DNA of 64,000 bases from an uncultured Gemmatimonadales bacterium (GTDB taxonomy: Bacteria > Gemmatimonadota > Gemmatimonadetes > Gemmatimonadales > GWC2-71-9), in NCBI GenBank assembly GCA_963828735.1, contig CAWHFW010000005.1, forward strand, positions 1,056,001 through 1,120,000. The letters are read 5' to 3'. This document shows, in pieces, positions 29,343-40,732 of this stretch (positions are counted from its first letter, which is position 1; the number at the start of each line of letters is the position of its first letter). The position numbers and the translations under genes are program-made. The notes under the pieces are model-generated. The model searched no databases, was not told where the DNA came from, and saw only the letters and a program-made list of their open reading frames with translations.

Positions 29343-29371
29343 AATGTGACGGGGCACTTGGGACCTGTCAA
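29343..29371 (-). promoter_or_regulatory. sigma70 promoter, probably leaderless transcript
   Basis: TTGACA-17 bp-CACATT, 4 nt before the ATG; IHF-consensus TATCAATGTTTTA at 29386..29398. Confidence 0.55.
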
Positions 29372-29444
29372 GAGGCATGCTGGTGTAAAACATTGATACA
29401 GTGCGACTTAGCCGCCGTGACAATTTCGGCGGCCATGAGCTAAA

Positions 29445-30960
<1,516 letters not shown>

Positions 30961-31072
30961 GGGCAGCAAATTAATGCCGTCGCGGGGCCACCGGCTTGAA
31001 ATCGCCTTGACGCCGGGGCGCTAGACATGGGCGCACGTCCCCGACGTCTCCCCCAGCGCGAGGCAGGCTCCC

Positions 31073-32299
31073 ATGGCCAACGGCAGACGCTCGATCACCT
31101 TCATACTCCTCTTCCTGCTCCTCGCGGGGCTGGCCGGGGCCGGCTGCCGCGAGGACGCCGAAGCCCCGACCGCACCGGATGGAGCGCCCGCGCCGGCCCT
31201 CGCCAACGCCTCCACCCTGCTCACCTTCCGCCAGGTGAGCGCGGGCCTGGACCACGTCTGCGGCGTCACCACCGACGACCGGGCCTTCTGTTGGGGCTCG
31301 AACCAGTGGGGCCAGCTCGGCATCGGCACCACCGAGAGCCCGGACGAGTGCAACACCCACCCCTGCAGCGCCCGGCCGGTGGCTGTGGTGGGCGGGCTCC
31401 ACTTCCGCGCCGTGAGCGTGGGGTGGCAGTTCGCCTGCGGCCGCACGACCGACGACCGCCTCTTCTGCTGGGGACGGGACGAGGTCGGCCAACTCGGCGA
31501 CGGCGGGCCGAGCGCCAACAGCACAGTGCCCGTCGAGGTGGCCGGAGGGCGCCACTGGCTGCAGGTGGCCGCGGGCGGCGGGACCGCGTGCGGGATCACC
31601 CTATCGCGCGGCGCATTCTGCTGGGGTGCCAACGACCGGGGCCAGTTCGGCAACGGCACGACCGCGCCGAGCATGGTGCCGACGGCGGTGGCGCGGGGGC
31701 TCGAGTGGGCCCAGCTCACCGGCGGCTTCGCGCACAACTGCGGCATCACGACCGCGCAGCAGGCGTGGTGCTGGGGCCGGAACGACGACGGGCGGCTCGG
31801 CGACGGCACCAAGACGCAGCGGCTCAAGCCCGCTCGGGTGACCGGCGGGCTGCTCTTCGCGCAGATCGAGGCCGGCGTCTCCCACACGTGCGCGGTCACG
31901 ACCGGAAGCCGGGTCTACTGCTGGGGCGCGGGCGCGATCGGCGACGGCACCACCGTGACCACCCACCTCGTGCCCACTGCGGTGCGCAGCACGCGGAGCT
32001 TCGTAGTCGTGACGGCGGGCAGCGGCCAGAGCTGCGGCGTGACGGTGGCCGGGAGCGGCTTCTGCTGGGGGGCGAACGGCGCCGGCCAGCTCGGAGAGGG
32101 GACCACCACGCTCCGGATCAGGCCGTTCCCGCTCGCGGTGGACCTGCACCTCCGCTCGGTGACGGCGGGCGCGACGTTTTCCTGTGGGGTGACTACGGGC
32201 AATCACGCGTGGTGCTGGGGCGAGAACTTCAACGGCGAAGTCGGCGACGGCACCGACGACATGAGGCTCGTGCCCACGCCGGTGGCGGGCCCGAACTGA
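31073..32299 (+). CDS. RCC1/BLIP-II repeat lipoprotein
   Basis: Signal peptide ending GAGC; seven CWGxN..GQLG-type repeats. Confidence 0.9.
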   Translation: MANGRRSITFILLFLLLAGLAGAGCREDAEAPTAPDGAPAPALANASTLLTFRQVSAGLDHVCGVTTDDRAFCWGSNQWGQLGIGTTESPDECNTHPCSARPVAVVGGLHFRAVSVGWQFACGRTTDDRLFCWGRDEVGQLGDGGPSANSTVPVEVAGGRHWLQVAAGGGTACGITLSRGAFCWGANDRGQFGNGTTAPSMVPTAVARGLEWAQLTGGFAHNCGITTAQQAWCWGRNDDGRLGDGTKTQRLKPARVTGGLLFAQIEAGVSHTCAVTTGSRVYCWGAGAIGDGTTVTTHLVPTAVRSTRSFVVVTAGSGQSCGVTVAGSGFCWGANGAGQLGEGTTTLRIRPFPLAVDLHLRSVTAGATFSCGVTTGNHAWCWGENFNGEVGDGTDDMRLVPTPVAGPN

Positions 32300-32308
32300 G
32301 ACGAGAGC

Positions 32309-34276
32309 CTAGCCCGCGCCGGTCAGCCGGCGCACCCGTTCGGCCAGCGTGTCGGGCGAAAACGGCTTGGGCAGGAAGTGCTGGCCGGGGTCGAGCAGCC
32401 CGCGGCGGACCACCTCGTCGTCGGTGTAGCCCGAGATGAACAGCAGCGGCGCCGGCCGGGGCTGGCGCTCGGCCAGCTGCCGCGCCAGCTCGCGCCCGCC
32501 CATGATCGGCATCGCAAGGTCGGTGATGACGAGGCGGAGATTGCCGTCGAGCCCTCGCTGCTCGAACAGCTCCAGCGCCTCGGCGCCGTTCGCCGCCTCG
32601 ATCACCTCGTAGCCTTCCTCGGCCATCGCCCGCGCCACCATCTGTCGAACCGGCTCCTCATCCTCCACCACGAGGGCGATGCCGCGCGAAGTCCGCCGCG
32701 GCGTCACCGTGGCGGCCGGCGTCGCCACCGAGGCGGCGGCCAGCGGGGCCTCGGCATGCGGCAGATAGATGGTGAACACGGCGCCGGCCCCCGGCGCGCT
32801 CTCGGCCGAGATGTACCCACCGCTCTGTCGGACGATGCCGTAGACCGTCGAGAGGCCCAGGCCGGTGCCGTGTCCGACGGGCTTGGTGGTGAAGAACGGC
32901 TCGAACGCGCGGCGCAGGGTGGGCGGGTCCATGCCGACCCCGGTGTCGCTCACCCGGAGGAAGACGTACGGCCCGGGCTGCGCCTCCGCGCCGTTGTCGG
33001 CTCCGTTGCCCGCGCGGAGATCCGCGGGGCCGGTCTCGATCCGCAGCACGCCTCCGTCCGGCATCGCGTCCCGCGCATTGAAGGCGAGGTTGAGCAGCGA
33101 CTGGATCACCTGGCCCCGGTCCGCCAGCACCCCGGCATGCTCGCCCGCGAGCGCGATCTCGATCTGCACCGCCGCTCCGACGGTCCGCGCGAGGATCGTC
33201 TCCATTTCCCGGACCACCTCGTTCAGGTCGAGCGGCTCGGGGCGCAGCATCTGCCGCCGCCCGAACGCGAGGAGCTGACCGGTGACCGTGGCGCTGCGGC
33301 TCGCGGCCTCACGGATGTGGTCCAGGTCTTCCCTGGCCCATGGCGGCAGATCGCCCCGGCGGAGCAGATAGGAGGCGGCGCCGAGCACGACGGTCATCTG
33401 GTTGTTCACCTCGTGGGCCACGCCACCGGCGAGCTTGCCCACCGCGTCCATCCGCTGCGCCTCCTCGAGCTGCTGCAGGGTACGGCGCTCGTCGGTCATG
33501 TCGCGGAAGAAGACGGCGGCACCGCCCGCGGTGGGATACGCATGGAGCTCCAGCCATCGGCCGTAGGCCTCGTGGAAGTGCCCCACGGTGGCTGGGACGC
33601 GATCGGCCATGACGCCGCGGAGCCGCTCCTCGACCCCGCTACCTGCGGTGTCGGGCCAGAGCTCCCACGCGGTGCGGCCGAGGAGCGCCGTGCGCGGCAT
33701 CCCGCGGGTCTCGAAGAACGCGGCCGCCTGCGCGTTGACGTAATCCACCCGCCAGTCGCGATCGAAACCCACGTAGGCGTCGGTGGTGGACTCGAGCACG
33801 GAGCGGAGAGCCGATTCGGCGGCCTCGCGGCGCGCCATTTCGGCCTCGAGCACCGTCGCCCGAACCGCTTCTCGTCGGGCGCTCCGCTCGGCACGACGGC
33901 GGCTCGCGTGCTGGGCCGTGCCGAGGCCGATCAGCAGGAGGTTGTTGAGGACGTTGATGCCGAGGGCGGTGACGGCCTCACGATCGAGGGGCACCACGCT
34001 GGCGGCGGTCGGGCTGAGCAGGAAGTACCAGATACCGATCGTGCCCCAGATGAGCGTCGCAAGGCCCGGACCGAATCCGCCGTACCACGTGGCGAAGCCC
34101 ACCCCGACGAAGAGGGTGATGAACGGGTATCCGGCCGGCAGGATCGGGACGAGGGCGAAGCGCAGGCCCACGATGAGCGCGGCACAGCCGAGGGCCACGA
34201 GATAGCTGGGCCAGCCGTGGGCGCCGTGGAGCAGGTGATAGGTCGTGCCGCGGGTGTCGGTCGTCTCGTCGGGCAT
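32309..34276 (-). CDS. Hybrid sensor histidine kinase (TM, PAS, HisKA, HATPase, REC)
   Basis: GVAHEVNN, NARDAM, DTGVGM, FFTTK, GTGLGL, VITDLAMP. Confidence 0.93.
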   Translation of the reverse strand: MPDETTDTRGTTYHLLHGAHGWPSYLVALGCAALIVGLRFALVPILPAGYPFITLFVGVGFATWYGGFGPGLATLIWGTIGIWYFLLSPTAASVVPLDREAVTALGINVLNNLLLIGLGTAQHASRRRAERSARREAVRATVLEAEMARREAAESALRSVLESTTDAYVGFDRDWRVDYVNAQAAAFFETRGMPRTALLGRTAWELWPDTAGSGVEERLRGVMADRVPATVGHFHEAYGRWLELHAYPTAGGAAVFFRDMTDERRTLQQLEEAQRMDAVGKLAGGVAHEVNNQMTVVLGAASYLLRRGDLPPWAREDLDHIREAASRSATVTGQLLAFGRRQMLRPEPLDLNEVVREMETILARTVGAAVQIEIALAGEHAGVLADRGQVIQSLLNLAFNARDAMPDGGVLRIETGPADLRAGNGADNGAEAQPGPYVFLRVSDTGVGMDPPTLRRAFEPFFTTKPVGHGTGLGLSTVYGIVRQSGGYISAESAPGAGAVFTIYLPHAEAPLAAASVATPAATVTPRRTSRGIALVVEDEEPVRQMVARAMAEEGYEVIEAANGAEALELFEQRGLDGNLRLVITDLAMPIMGGRELARQLAERQPRPAPLLFISGYTDDEVVRRGLLDPGQHFLPKPFSPDTLAERVRRLTGAG

Positions 34277-34484
34277 GGGCGCGTGGCGACGGTCGAAAAC
34301 AGGAAAGTAGCCGTGTCCGTTCCAGCTTCATACACCGCCGCGCGACCGGGCCGCGGGCGATGTGGAGGCCGCACAGCAGGTTGGGTTCCGCCCCCGCTTA
34401 GGCGAGCGCTCGCCCGGAGCCGACCGAACGCCGCGGCCCCGCGGAGGTGCTAGATTGGGTCGGACCCAGCCATCGAGCCCCCGT

Positions 34485-36314
34485 TTGACCACCGACCTGC
34501 GCGAGCAACTCCAACGTTCACTTGGCGATGCGTACCACCTCGAGCACGAGCTCGGGGGCGGCGGCATGTCGCGGGTGTTCGTGGCGACGGAGGTCGCGCT
34601 GGGGCGGCAGGTCGTGGTGAAGGTGCTGCTGCCCGAGCTCGCGGCGGGCGTGAGCGTGGACCGGTTCCGCCGCGAGATCCAGCTGGCCGCTCAGCTTCAG
34701 CACCCGCACATCGTCCCGCTGCTCACCGCCGGCGAGTCGTCGGGCCTCCCATACTTCACGATGCCGTTCGTGGACGGCGAATCGCTCCGGGCCCGCCTGC
34801 ACCGTGACCGCGAGCTGCCGGTCGCCCAGGCGATCCGGCTGCTACGCGACGTCGCCTCCGCGCTCGACTACGCGCACGGCCGCGGCGTGGTGCACCGCGA
34901 CATCAAGCCGGACAACGTGCTGCTGACCCACGGCGTGGCGGTGGTGACCGACTTCGGCGTGGCCAAGGCGCTCACCGCGTCCGCCGGCGCAAGCCCCGAG
35001 AAGTCGCCCGGGCTCACGTCCATGGGCGTGACGCTCGGCACGCCGACGTACATGGCGCCCGAGCAGGCCTCGGCCGACCCCGCCATGGACCACCGGGTGG
35101 ACGTCTACGCGTTCGGCATCATGGCGTACGAGATGCTGACGGGCCAGCCGCCGTTCGCCGGGCGGTCGCCCCAGGCGATCCTGGGCGCCCATCTCGCCGC
35201 GCTGCCCGAGCCGGTGACGGCCCATAGGCCAGGCCTCCCGCCCGGCCTCGCGAGCATGATCATGCGGTGCCTGGAGAAGCACGCGGCGGACCGGCCGCAG
35301 ACGGCCGGGGACCTGATCGCGGTGCTCGACAACCTGACGACGCCGAGCGGCGGGACCGTGCCGGTGTACGCCGCCACGGTCCCGGTGCGCAAATCCGGCG
35401 TGTCAAAGACGCAGCCGCGCGGGCGCCGGGCCACGATCCTCCTGGCGACCGCGGCCGCGGTAGGGTTCGCCGCGTGGATCTGGAGCGCGCGCCCGCGAAC
35501 GAAACCGGCCGCGGACGCGCCGGCGGCGACCGCGTCGATCCCGGCGCCCGTGACACCCACCCCGCCGACTGACTCGGCGCGGTCCGAGACCGGGTCCACG
35601 GCCACACCGGCGAGCGAGCCCGAGCCGGCGCCCGCCACCCGGCTGCCCGCGGCGGCGCAGACGGCGCCGAAGAAGAGCGCGAGCGCGGACGCGGCCCTGC
35701 TTGCCCGCCTGCGCGGCGAGGCGCGGACCGCCCGCCAGCGCGCGGCCAGCCAGGGCGCGGCGGGCGACGTGCTCGCGCGGGGCGACAGCGCCGTCGCCCG
35801 CGCGGACTCGCTCGAGAAGGCCCACCGACCCACCGAGGCGGGCGCCGAGCTCTCGGTGGCGATCGCCATCTGGCGCAACGCGCCCGCGGCTCCCGCCATC
35901 GCGCCGCCCGCTCCCGAGCCGGCCGTCGCGGCGCCCGTTCCGCCCAGCGCGCCGCCGGTGTCGCCCGCGCCGCCCGTGCCGCCACCCGATCCCGCACCGA
36001 AGATCCGGGCGCTGTTCGACGCCTACGCCGCCGCGGTCGAGACCCGGAGCATCGACGCGATTCGCGCGGCGTATCCCGGGATCACCGACAAGCAGGTGAA
36101 CGACTGGCGGCAGTTCTTCAAGGCGGTGAACGACATCCGGGTGGGGCTGCAGGTGACGAAGCTCGACGTCCGGGGCGACGTGGGCGACGTCGAGCTGGCC
36201 GGCGTCTACGTCTTCAGCGATCCGGGCACCCGCCGCACTCGCGAGGACAGCGTGAGCTTCCACTCGACGGTGCGGCGCGACGCCCGGGGCTGGCGGATCG
36301 AATCCCTCCACTGA
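34485..36314 (+). CDS. Ser/Thr protein kinase with TM, Pro-rich linker and NTF2/SnoaL-like C-terminus
   Basis: ELGGGGMSRVF, HRDIKPDN, DFG, GTPTYMAPEQ. Confidence 0.9.
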   Translation: MTTDLREQLQRSLGDAYHLEHELGGGGMSRVFVATEVALGRQVVVKVLLPELAAGVSVDRFRREIQLAAQLQHPHIVPLLTAGESSGLPYFTMPFVDGESLRARLHRDRELPVAQAIRLLRDVASALDYAHGRGVVHRDIKPDNVLLTHGVAVVTDFGVAKALTASAGASPEKSPGLTSMGVTLGTPTYMAPEQASADPAMDHRVDVYAFGIMAYEMLTGQPPFAGRSPQAILGAHLAALPEPVTAHRPGLPPGLASMIMRCLEKHAADRPQTAGDLIAVLDNLTTPSGGTVPVYAATVPVRKSGVSKTQPRGRRATILLATAAAVGFAAWIWSARPRTKPAADAPAATASIPAPVTPTPPTDSARSETGSTATPASEPEPAPATRLPAAAQTAPKKSASADAALLARLRGEARTARQRAASQGAAGDVLARGDSAVARADSLEKAHRPTEAGAELSVAIAIWRNAPAAPAIAPPAPEPAVAAPVPPSAPPVSPAPPVPPPDPAPKIRALFDAYAAAVETRSIDAIRAAYPGITDKQVNDWRQFFKAVNDIRVGLQVTKLDVRGDVGDVELAGVYVFSDPGTRRTREDSVSFHSTVRRDARGWRIESLH

Positions 36315-37649
36315 TCAGAAGGCGTACTCGGCCCCGACCGTCCACAGGACGTCGGGGCGCATGCCTCCGCGGTTGAGCGGGAAGATGCCGTTGGTGAGGA
36401 ACGTCACGCCCGCCGGCAGGGTGAACTTCATGCCGAACGACACGTCGAGCAGATCGTCGCGCTCCTCGGGGATGGACGACGCGTCGATCGTGCGCTTGAA
36501 TGGCGCGTCGATCGTGACGTCGCTCGGCACCGCCAGGTGGCTGGTCCCGACCTGGAACTCCGAGATGAAGTCGGCCGCCAGGGTGGCCCACGGCGCGAGG
36601 AGCTGGTCGAAGCCGGCGGTGAGCAGGAACGCGTCGGTCGCGAGCGAATCGCTCCGCCACTGGTAGCCGACATTCACGTGCGGCGAGAAGGACCCGAGCC
36701 GCGCCGACACGATGCCGAGCCCGCGCAGGGACACCGAGCCCGCGCCCAGCAGGTCGGCCTCGCTTCCCGTCGGAAAGCGCCCGTCCGCCAGCACCGCGAT
36801 CGAGACCGGTGTCGCCTCTCGCAGATTCACCTTCACCCGCGCCGACACGTCGCCGAGCCCCGACGACGAGCCCTCCGAGAACCGCGACGCGGTGAAGACG
36901 GGATTGTCCTCCGTGCCCGAGAAGAAGTGCGGAGGCGGCCGGTTCACGCCGAACGGCACGATGGCCGCGTTGCTCGTGCCCCTGAGCGACGTCTGGACGA
37001 ACGGCACCACGACGCCGAAGTCGATCCGATTGGTGACGCCGTAGGTCATGAGCAGCGACGTGACCGCCACCGAGACGTCGAGGCTCAGGTTGAAGTCGAT
37101 GGTCTCGTTCTCGAGCTCGGGCACGCCGTAGATGGAGCAGTCGCCGTTGAAGATCGAGTCGCAGCCGGGGAAGTCCACGTTCGCGTGGGTGAAGGTGAAC
37201 TTCACGTTGTCGAGCGGGACGCCGCGGAGCGTCGTGTAGCTGAGGCCGCTCCGGCCAAGGGCCACGAACAGTCGGCCGCGGCCCATGGTCTGCGCCCGCT
37301 CGGCGTAGATCGGGCCGGCGGAAATCGAGGTACGCACGGGCGCCGCACCCTCGAAGCGGAACGTCTCGCCGCCGCTCGACGCGCTGAACGGGATGTTGGC
37401 GACGTTGGTGCTGATCGAGTTGGTGAGAAACGAGATGATGGTCGCATTCCCGGCGACGGCGGAAGGCACGAAATGCATGCCGTGAACCGAGATGGCCGGG
37501 TTGGCGGCCGCGGCCGAGCCGCCGAGGACGAGGACATCGTCACCGGTACCGAAGATGAACAGGTCGCGGAGGTGATCCTCCAGTGCCTGCGCGCGGAGCG
37601 GCGCGGTCGCCGCACCCGCGAGCAGGAGCGACCCAAGCAGAGTGCGCAC
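36315..37649 (-). CDS. Secreted / outer-membrane beta-barrel protein
   Basis: Signal peptide ending LRAQ; amphipathic strands; C-terminal GAEYAF. Confidence 0.75.
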   Translation of the reverse strand: MRTLLGSLLLAGAATAPLRAQALEDHLRDLFIFGTGDDVLVLGGSAAAANPAISVHGMHFVPSAVAGNATIISFLTNSISTNVANIPFSASSGGETFRFEGAAPVRTSISAGPIYAERAQTMGRGRLFVALGRSGLSYTTLRGVPLDNVKFTFTHANVDFPGCDSIFNGDCSIYGVPELENETIDFNLSLDVSVAVTSLLMTYGVTNRIDFGVVVPFVQTSLRGTSNAAIVPFGVNRPPPHFFSGTEDNPVFTASRFSEGSSSGLGDVSARVKVNLREATPVSIAVLADGRFPTGSEADLLGAGSVSLRGLGIVSARLGSFSPHVNVGYQWRSDSLATDAFLLTAGFDQLLAPWATLAADFISEFQVGTSHLAVPSDVTIDAPFKRTIDASSIPEERDDLLDVSFGMKFTLPAGVTFLTNGIFPLNRGGMRPDVLWTVGAEYAF

Positions 37650-37696
37650 GGGCCCTCCGAATGACCGATGTGATTCCAACGCCGCGTCGCGGGCAA

Positions 37697-38179
37697 TCAC
37701 CCGTGACTGGTGCGCACCCCGCGGACCAGATCCACCGCATGCTCGACGAGGTCGTTCAGCACCGCGAGCCCATCCCGCACACCGCCCGTGCTGCCGGGCA
37801 GGTTCACGATGAGCGTGCGGCCGCGCACGCCCGCGATGCCACGCGAGAGCGCGGCGCGAGGGAACCGGGGATAGACCGTCATCCGGAGCGCCTCGGCGAT
37901 CCCCGGCGCCTCCTTGTCGACGACCGCGCGCGTGGCCTCGGGGGTCACGTCCCGCTCGGTGAGGCCGGTGCCGCCAGTGGTCAGGACGAGGTCCGCCGAA
38001 TCGGCGTCCGCCCAGGCGGCCAGCACCGCCACGATCCGTGCGGTCTCGTCGGGGACGAGCTCGCGCGCGGCCAGGGCATAGCCGTGCTCGGCCGCCCATG
38101 CAGCGATGGCGTCGCCCGAGGTGTCGGCGCGCTCACCGCGATGGCCGGCGTCGCTGATGGTCAGGATGGCAAGACGCAT
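37697..38179 (-). CDS. MogA/MoaB molybdenum cofactor biosynthesis protein
   Basis: LTISD, TTGGTG..RDVTPEA, NLPGS. Confidence 0.92.
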   Translation of the reverse strand: MRLAILTISDAGHRGERADTSGDAIAAWAAEHGYALAARELVPDETARIVAVLAAWADADSADLVLTTGGTGLTERDVTPEATRAVVDKEAPGIAEALRMTVYPRFPRAALSRGIAGVRGRTLIVNLPGSTGGVRDGLAVLNDLVEHAVDLVRGVRTSHG

Positions 38180-38202
38180 GGGCGGCAGTTCCCGACGGCC
38201 CG

Positions 38203-39309
38203 CTACTTCTTCACGCTCCCTTTGGTCCAGAACGGGAGCTTCACGACCTCCGCGGGGATCCGCTCGCCGCGGCACTCCACCTCGAACCTGGTGCCGGGCT
38301 TGGCCACGGCGGCCGGGAGATAGGTCGTACCGATGCCGGCGCCGATCGACGGGCTCAAGGTACCGCTCCGGACGACGTCGACCTCGCGGCCGTCGTAGTG
38401 CACCGGGTACCCGTGTCGCGGGAAGCTGCGGCCTTCGAGCCTGAAGCCGACGAGCCGCCGGGTCACGCCGCGCCGCTTCTGCGCGCTCAGCGCCTCGAGC
38501 CCGAGGAACGGCGCGCCCTTGTCCAGCTTGACGATCCAGCCGAGGTTCGCCTCGAGCGGCGTGACGGTATCGTCGATCTCGTTTCCGTAGAGCGCGTAGC
38601 CCATCTCGAGCCGGAGGGAGTCGCGCGCGCCGAGGCCGATCGGCTGCGCGCCGGCCGCCACGATCGCATCCCACAGCGCCACCGTGTCGCGGTCCCTGCA
38701 GTAGAGCTCGAACCCGTCCTCGCCGGTGTACCCGGTGCGGGAGATGAAGCACTGCGCGCCCGCGATCTTCCCGGTCGCGAAGTGGTAGTACGCGATTTCC
38801 GCGAGCGGCGTGTCGGTAAGCGGCTGCAGGATCTCCTGGGTGCGCGGTCCCTGCACGGCGAGCAGTCCCACCTCGGCGGAGATGTCCTTGAGACGGACGT
38901 TGATGCCGCCCTTCTGCCCGACGATGTGCTCCCACGCCCTGGCCGTGTTCGAGGCGTTCACCACGATCATCAGCTTGTCGTCGAACCGGTAGACCGTGCA
39001 GTCGTCCACGAACGTGCCCTCGGGCGTGAGGAGCGCCGAGTACTGGACCCCGCCGGGCTCGAGGCGGGACACGTCGTTGCTGGTGATCCGGTTGACGAAG
39101 GCGTTCCGGTCGGGGCCGGTGATCTCGAACTCGCCCATGTGCGAGACGTCGAAGATGCCGACGCCGCTCCGCACGGCATGGTGCTCGGCGAGGATGCCGG
39201 AGGGATATTGGACGGGCATCTCCCACCCGGCGAACGGCACCATCTTGGCGAAGAGCGCCTTGTGCCGGCCGTAGAGCGAGGTGCGCTGAAGCGTAGTCGA
39301 AGCGGTCAC
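38203..39309 (-). CDS. gcvT: Glycine cleavage aminomethyltransferase
   Basis: FAGWEMPVQY, FDVSHMGE, SRTGYTGEDGFE, GLGARDSLRLE. Confidence 0.96.
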   Translation of the reverse strand: MTASTTLQRTSLYGRHKALFAKMVPFAGWEMPVQYPSGILAEHHAVRSGVGIFDVSHMGEFEITGPDRNAFVNRITSNDVSRLEPGGVQYSALLTPEGTFVDDCTVYRFDDKLMIVVNASNTARAWEHIVGQKGGINVRLKDISAEVGLLAVQGPRTQEILQPLTDTPLAEIAYYHFATGKIAGAQCFISRTGYTGEDGFELYCRDRDTVALWDAIVAAGAQPIGLGARDSLRLEMGYALYGNEIDDTVTPLEANLGWIVKLDKGAPFLGLEALSAQKRRGVTRRLVGFRLEGRSFPRHGYPVHYDGREVDVVRSGTLSPSIGAGIGTTYLPAAVAKPGTRFEVECRGERIPAEVVKLPFWTKGSVKK

Positions 39310-40217
39310 GTGGTGCCCCCCATCAATGTCGCCATCAGGGCCTTCTGGACGTGCAGCCGGTTCTCGGCCTCGTCCCAGACCCGCGACTGCGGGCCCTCGA
39401 GCACGTCCTCCGATACCTCCTCGCCGCGGTGGGCGGGGAGGCAGTGGAGAAAGATGGCCGAAGGGTCGGCGAGCCGCATGAGGTCGCCGTCCACCAGATA
39501 GCCCTGGAATGCCTTGGCGCGGATTTCCTGCTCCTGCTCCTGGCCCATCGAGGCCCATACGTCGGTGGTGACGACGTGCGCGCCGCGCGCGGCCTCCCTC
39601 GGATCGCGGGTGACCACGATGGTGGCCTTGCCCTCGTTGCGCCTGAGGATCTCGGCGTTGGGCCGGTAGCCGTCGGGGCAGGCGAGCCGCAGCTCGAAGC
39701 CCAGGCTGCCCGCCGCGTTGATCCAGCTGTTGGCCATGTTGTTGCCGTCCCCGATCCAGGCGACCGTCTTCCCTTCCCAGCCGCCCAGGCTCTCGCGCAC
39801 GGTCATGAGGTCGGCGAGCACCTGGCAGGGGTGCAGCAGGTCGGTGAGGCCGTTGATGACCGGGATCGATCCGTACTTCGCCAGCTCCTCGACGTCGGCG
39901 TGGTCGTAGGTCCGGATCATGATGGCGTCGAGGTAACGCGAGAGCACGCGCGCGGTGTCGCGGATCGGCTCACCTCGGCCGAGCTGGATGTCGCGGGACG
40001 ACAGGAAGAGCGCGTGCCCGCCAAGCTGGTAGGCGCCGACCTCGAAGGAGACGCGGGTACGGGTCGAGCTCTTGGCGAAGATCATCCCGAGCGTCTTGCC
40101 GGCGAGAGGCCGCTCGCGGTACTCGCGCCGCTTCATCCTCGCGGCGAGATCGAACAGGGTGAGCAGCTCGGGCCGGGTGAAGTCGGGGATCGCGAGGAAG
40201 TGCCGCGGTCGGGTCAT
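39306..40217 (-). CDS. argF: Ornithine carbamoyltransferase
   Basis: STRT, HPCQ, DVWASMG, HCLP. Confidence 0.96.
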   Translation of the reverse strand: MTRPRHFLAIPDFTRPELLTLFDLAARMKRREYRERPLAGKTLGMIFAKSSTRTRVSFEVGAYQLGGHALFLSSRDIQLGRGEPIRDTARVLSRYLDAIMIRTYDHADVEELAKYGSIPVINGLTDLLHPCQVLADLMTVRESLGGWEGKTVAWIGDGNNMANSWINAAGSLGFELRLACPDGYRPNAEILRRNEGKATIVVTRDPREAARGAHVVTTDVWASMGQEQEQEIRAKAFQGYLVDGDLMRLADPSAIFLHCLPAHRGEEVSEDVLEGPQSRVWDEAENRLHVQKALMATLMGGTT

Positions 40218-40336
40218 AGCGCTGGGGCTGGAGGGCCGGATCTCGAGGTCGGGCGCATTGTAGTCGGGGCCGGGACGGGGCACCAGTCCCGCGCCGCGGA
40301 GGCGGCGCGGGTTGGCGAGCCGAGGAGCTGGCGAGC

Positions 40337-40732
40337 CTACTGTCCGGCGCCTGCCTGATCGGCCAGCCTGTCGAGCCACTCGGTGTAGCCCGTTTTCTGC
40401 ACGTCGGCGAATAGCTCCTTCATCACCTGCTCCGAGCGGCGAGCCATTTCTTCCCACGGAATCGTGTCCGGCTTGGGGTTGATGTAGCGCTCGTGGTCAC
40501 GGACCGTCTTGCAGAACTCGGGGGACGCAAACTGGTAGAACTCCTGGAGAGCGAGGGTGACGTACTTGAGCTTGCGTGACAGGTCGAAGCAGAACGTCGC
40601 GAGCATGTAGAAGCGCTCGTCCGGATCAGTCCCAACGGAGTCCAGCTTCGGGGTGAGTCCCCGCGTGTGGCCATCGGTGCCAATGGCGATCTTGCCGAGT
40701 GCTTGCGCGGTGGCGGTCTGGTCGGGACTCAT
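40337..40732 (-). CDS. Hypothetical protein downstream of kinase
   Basis: 131-aa ORF, GGAG RBS, GC3-rich codons. Confidence 0.7.
   Translation of the reverse strand: MSPDQTATAQALGKIAIGTDGHTRGLTPKLDSVGTDPDERFYMLATFCFDLSRKLKYVTLALQEFYQFASPEFCKTVRDHERYINPKPDTIPWEEMARRSEQVMKELFADVQKTGYTEWLDRLADQAGAGQ

Noticed and set aside
31073..32299. Internal repeats as a DNA repeat array
   Set aside because: Explained by RCC1 protein repeats
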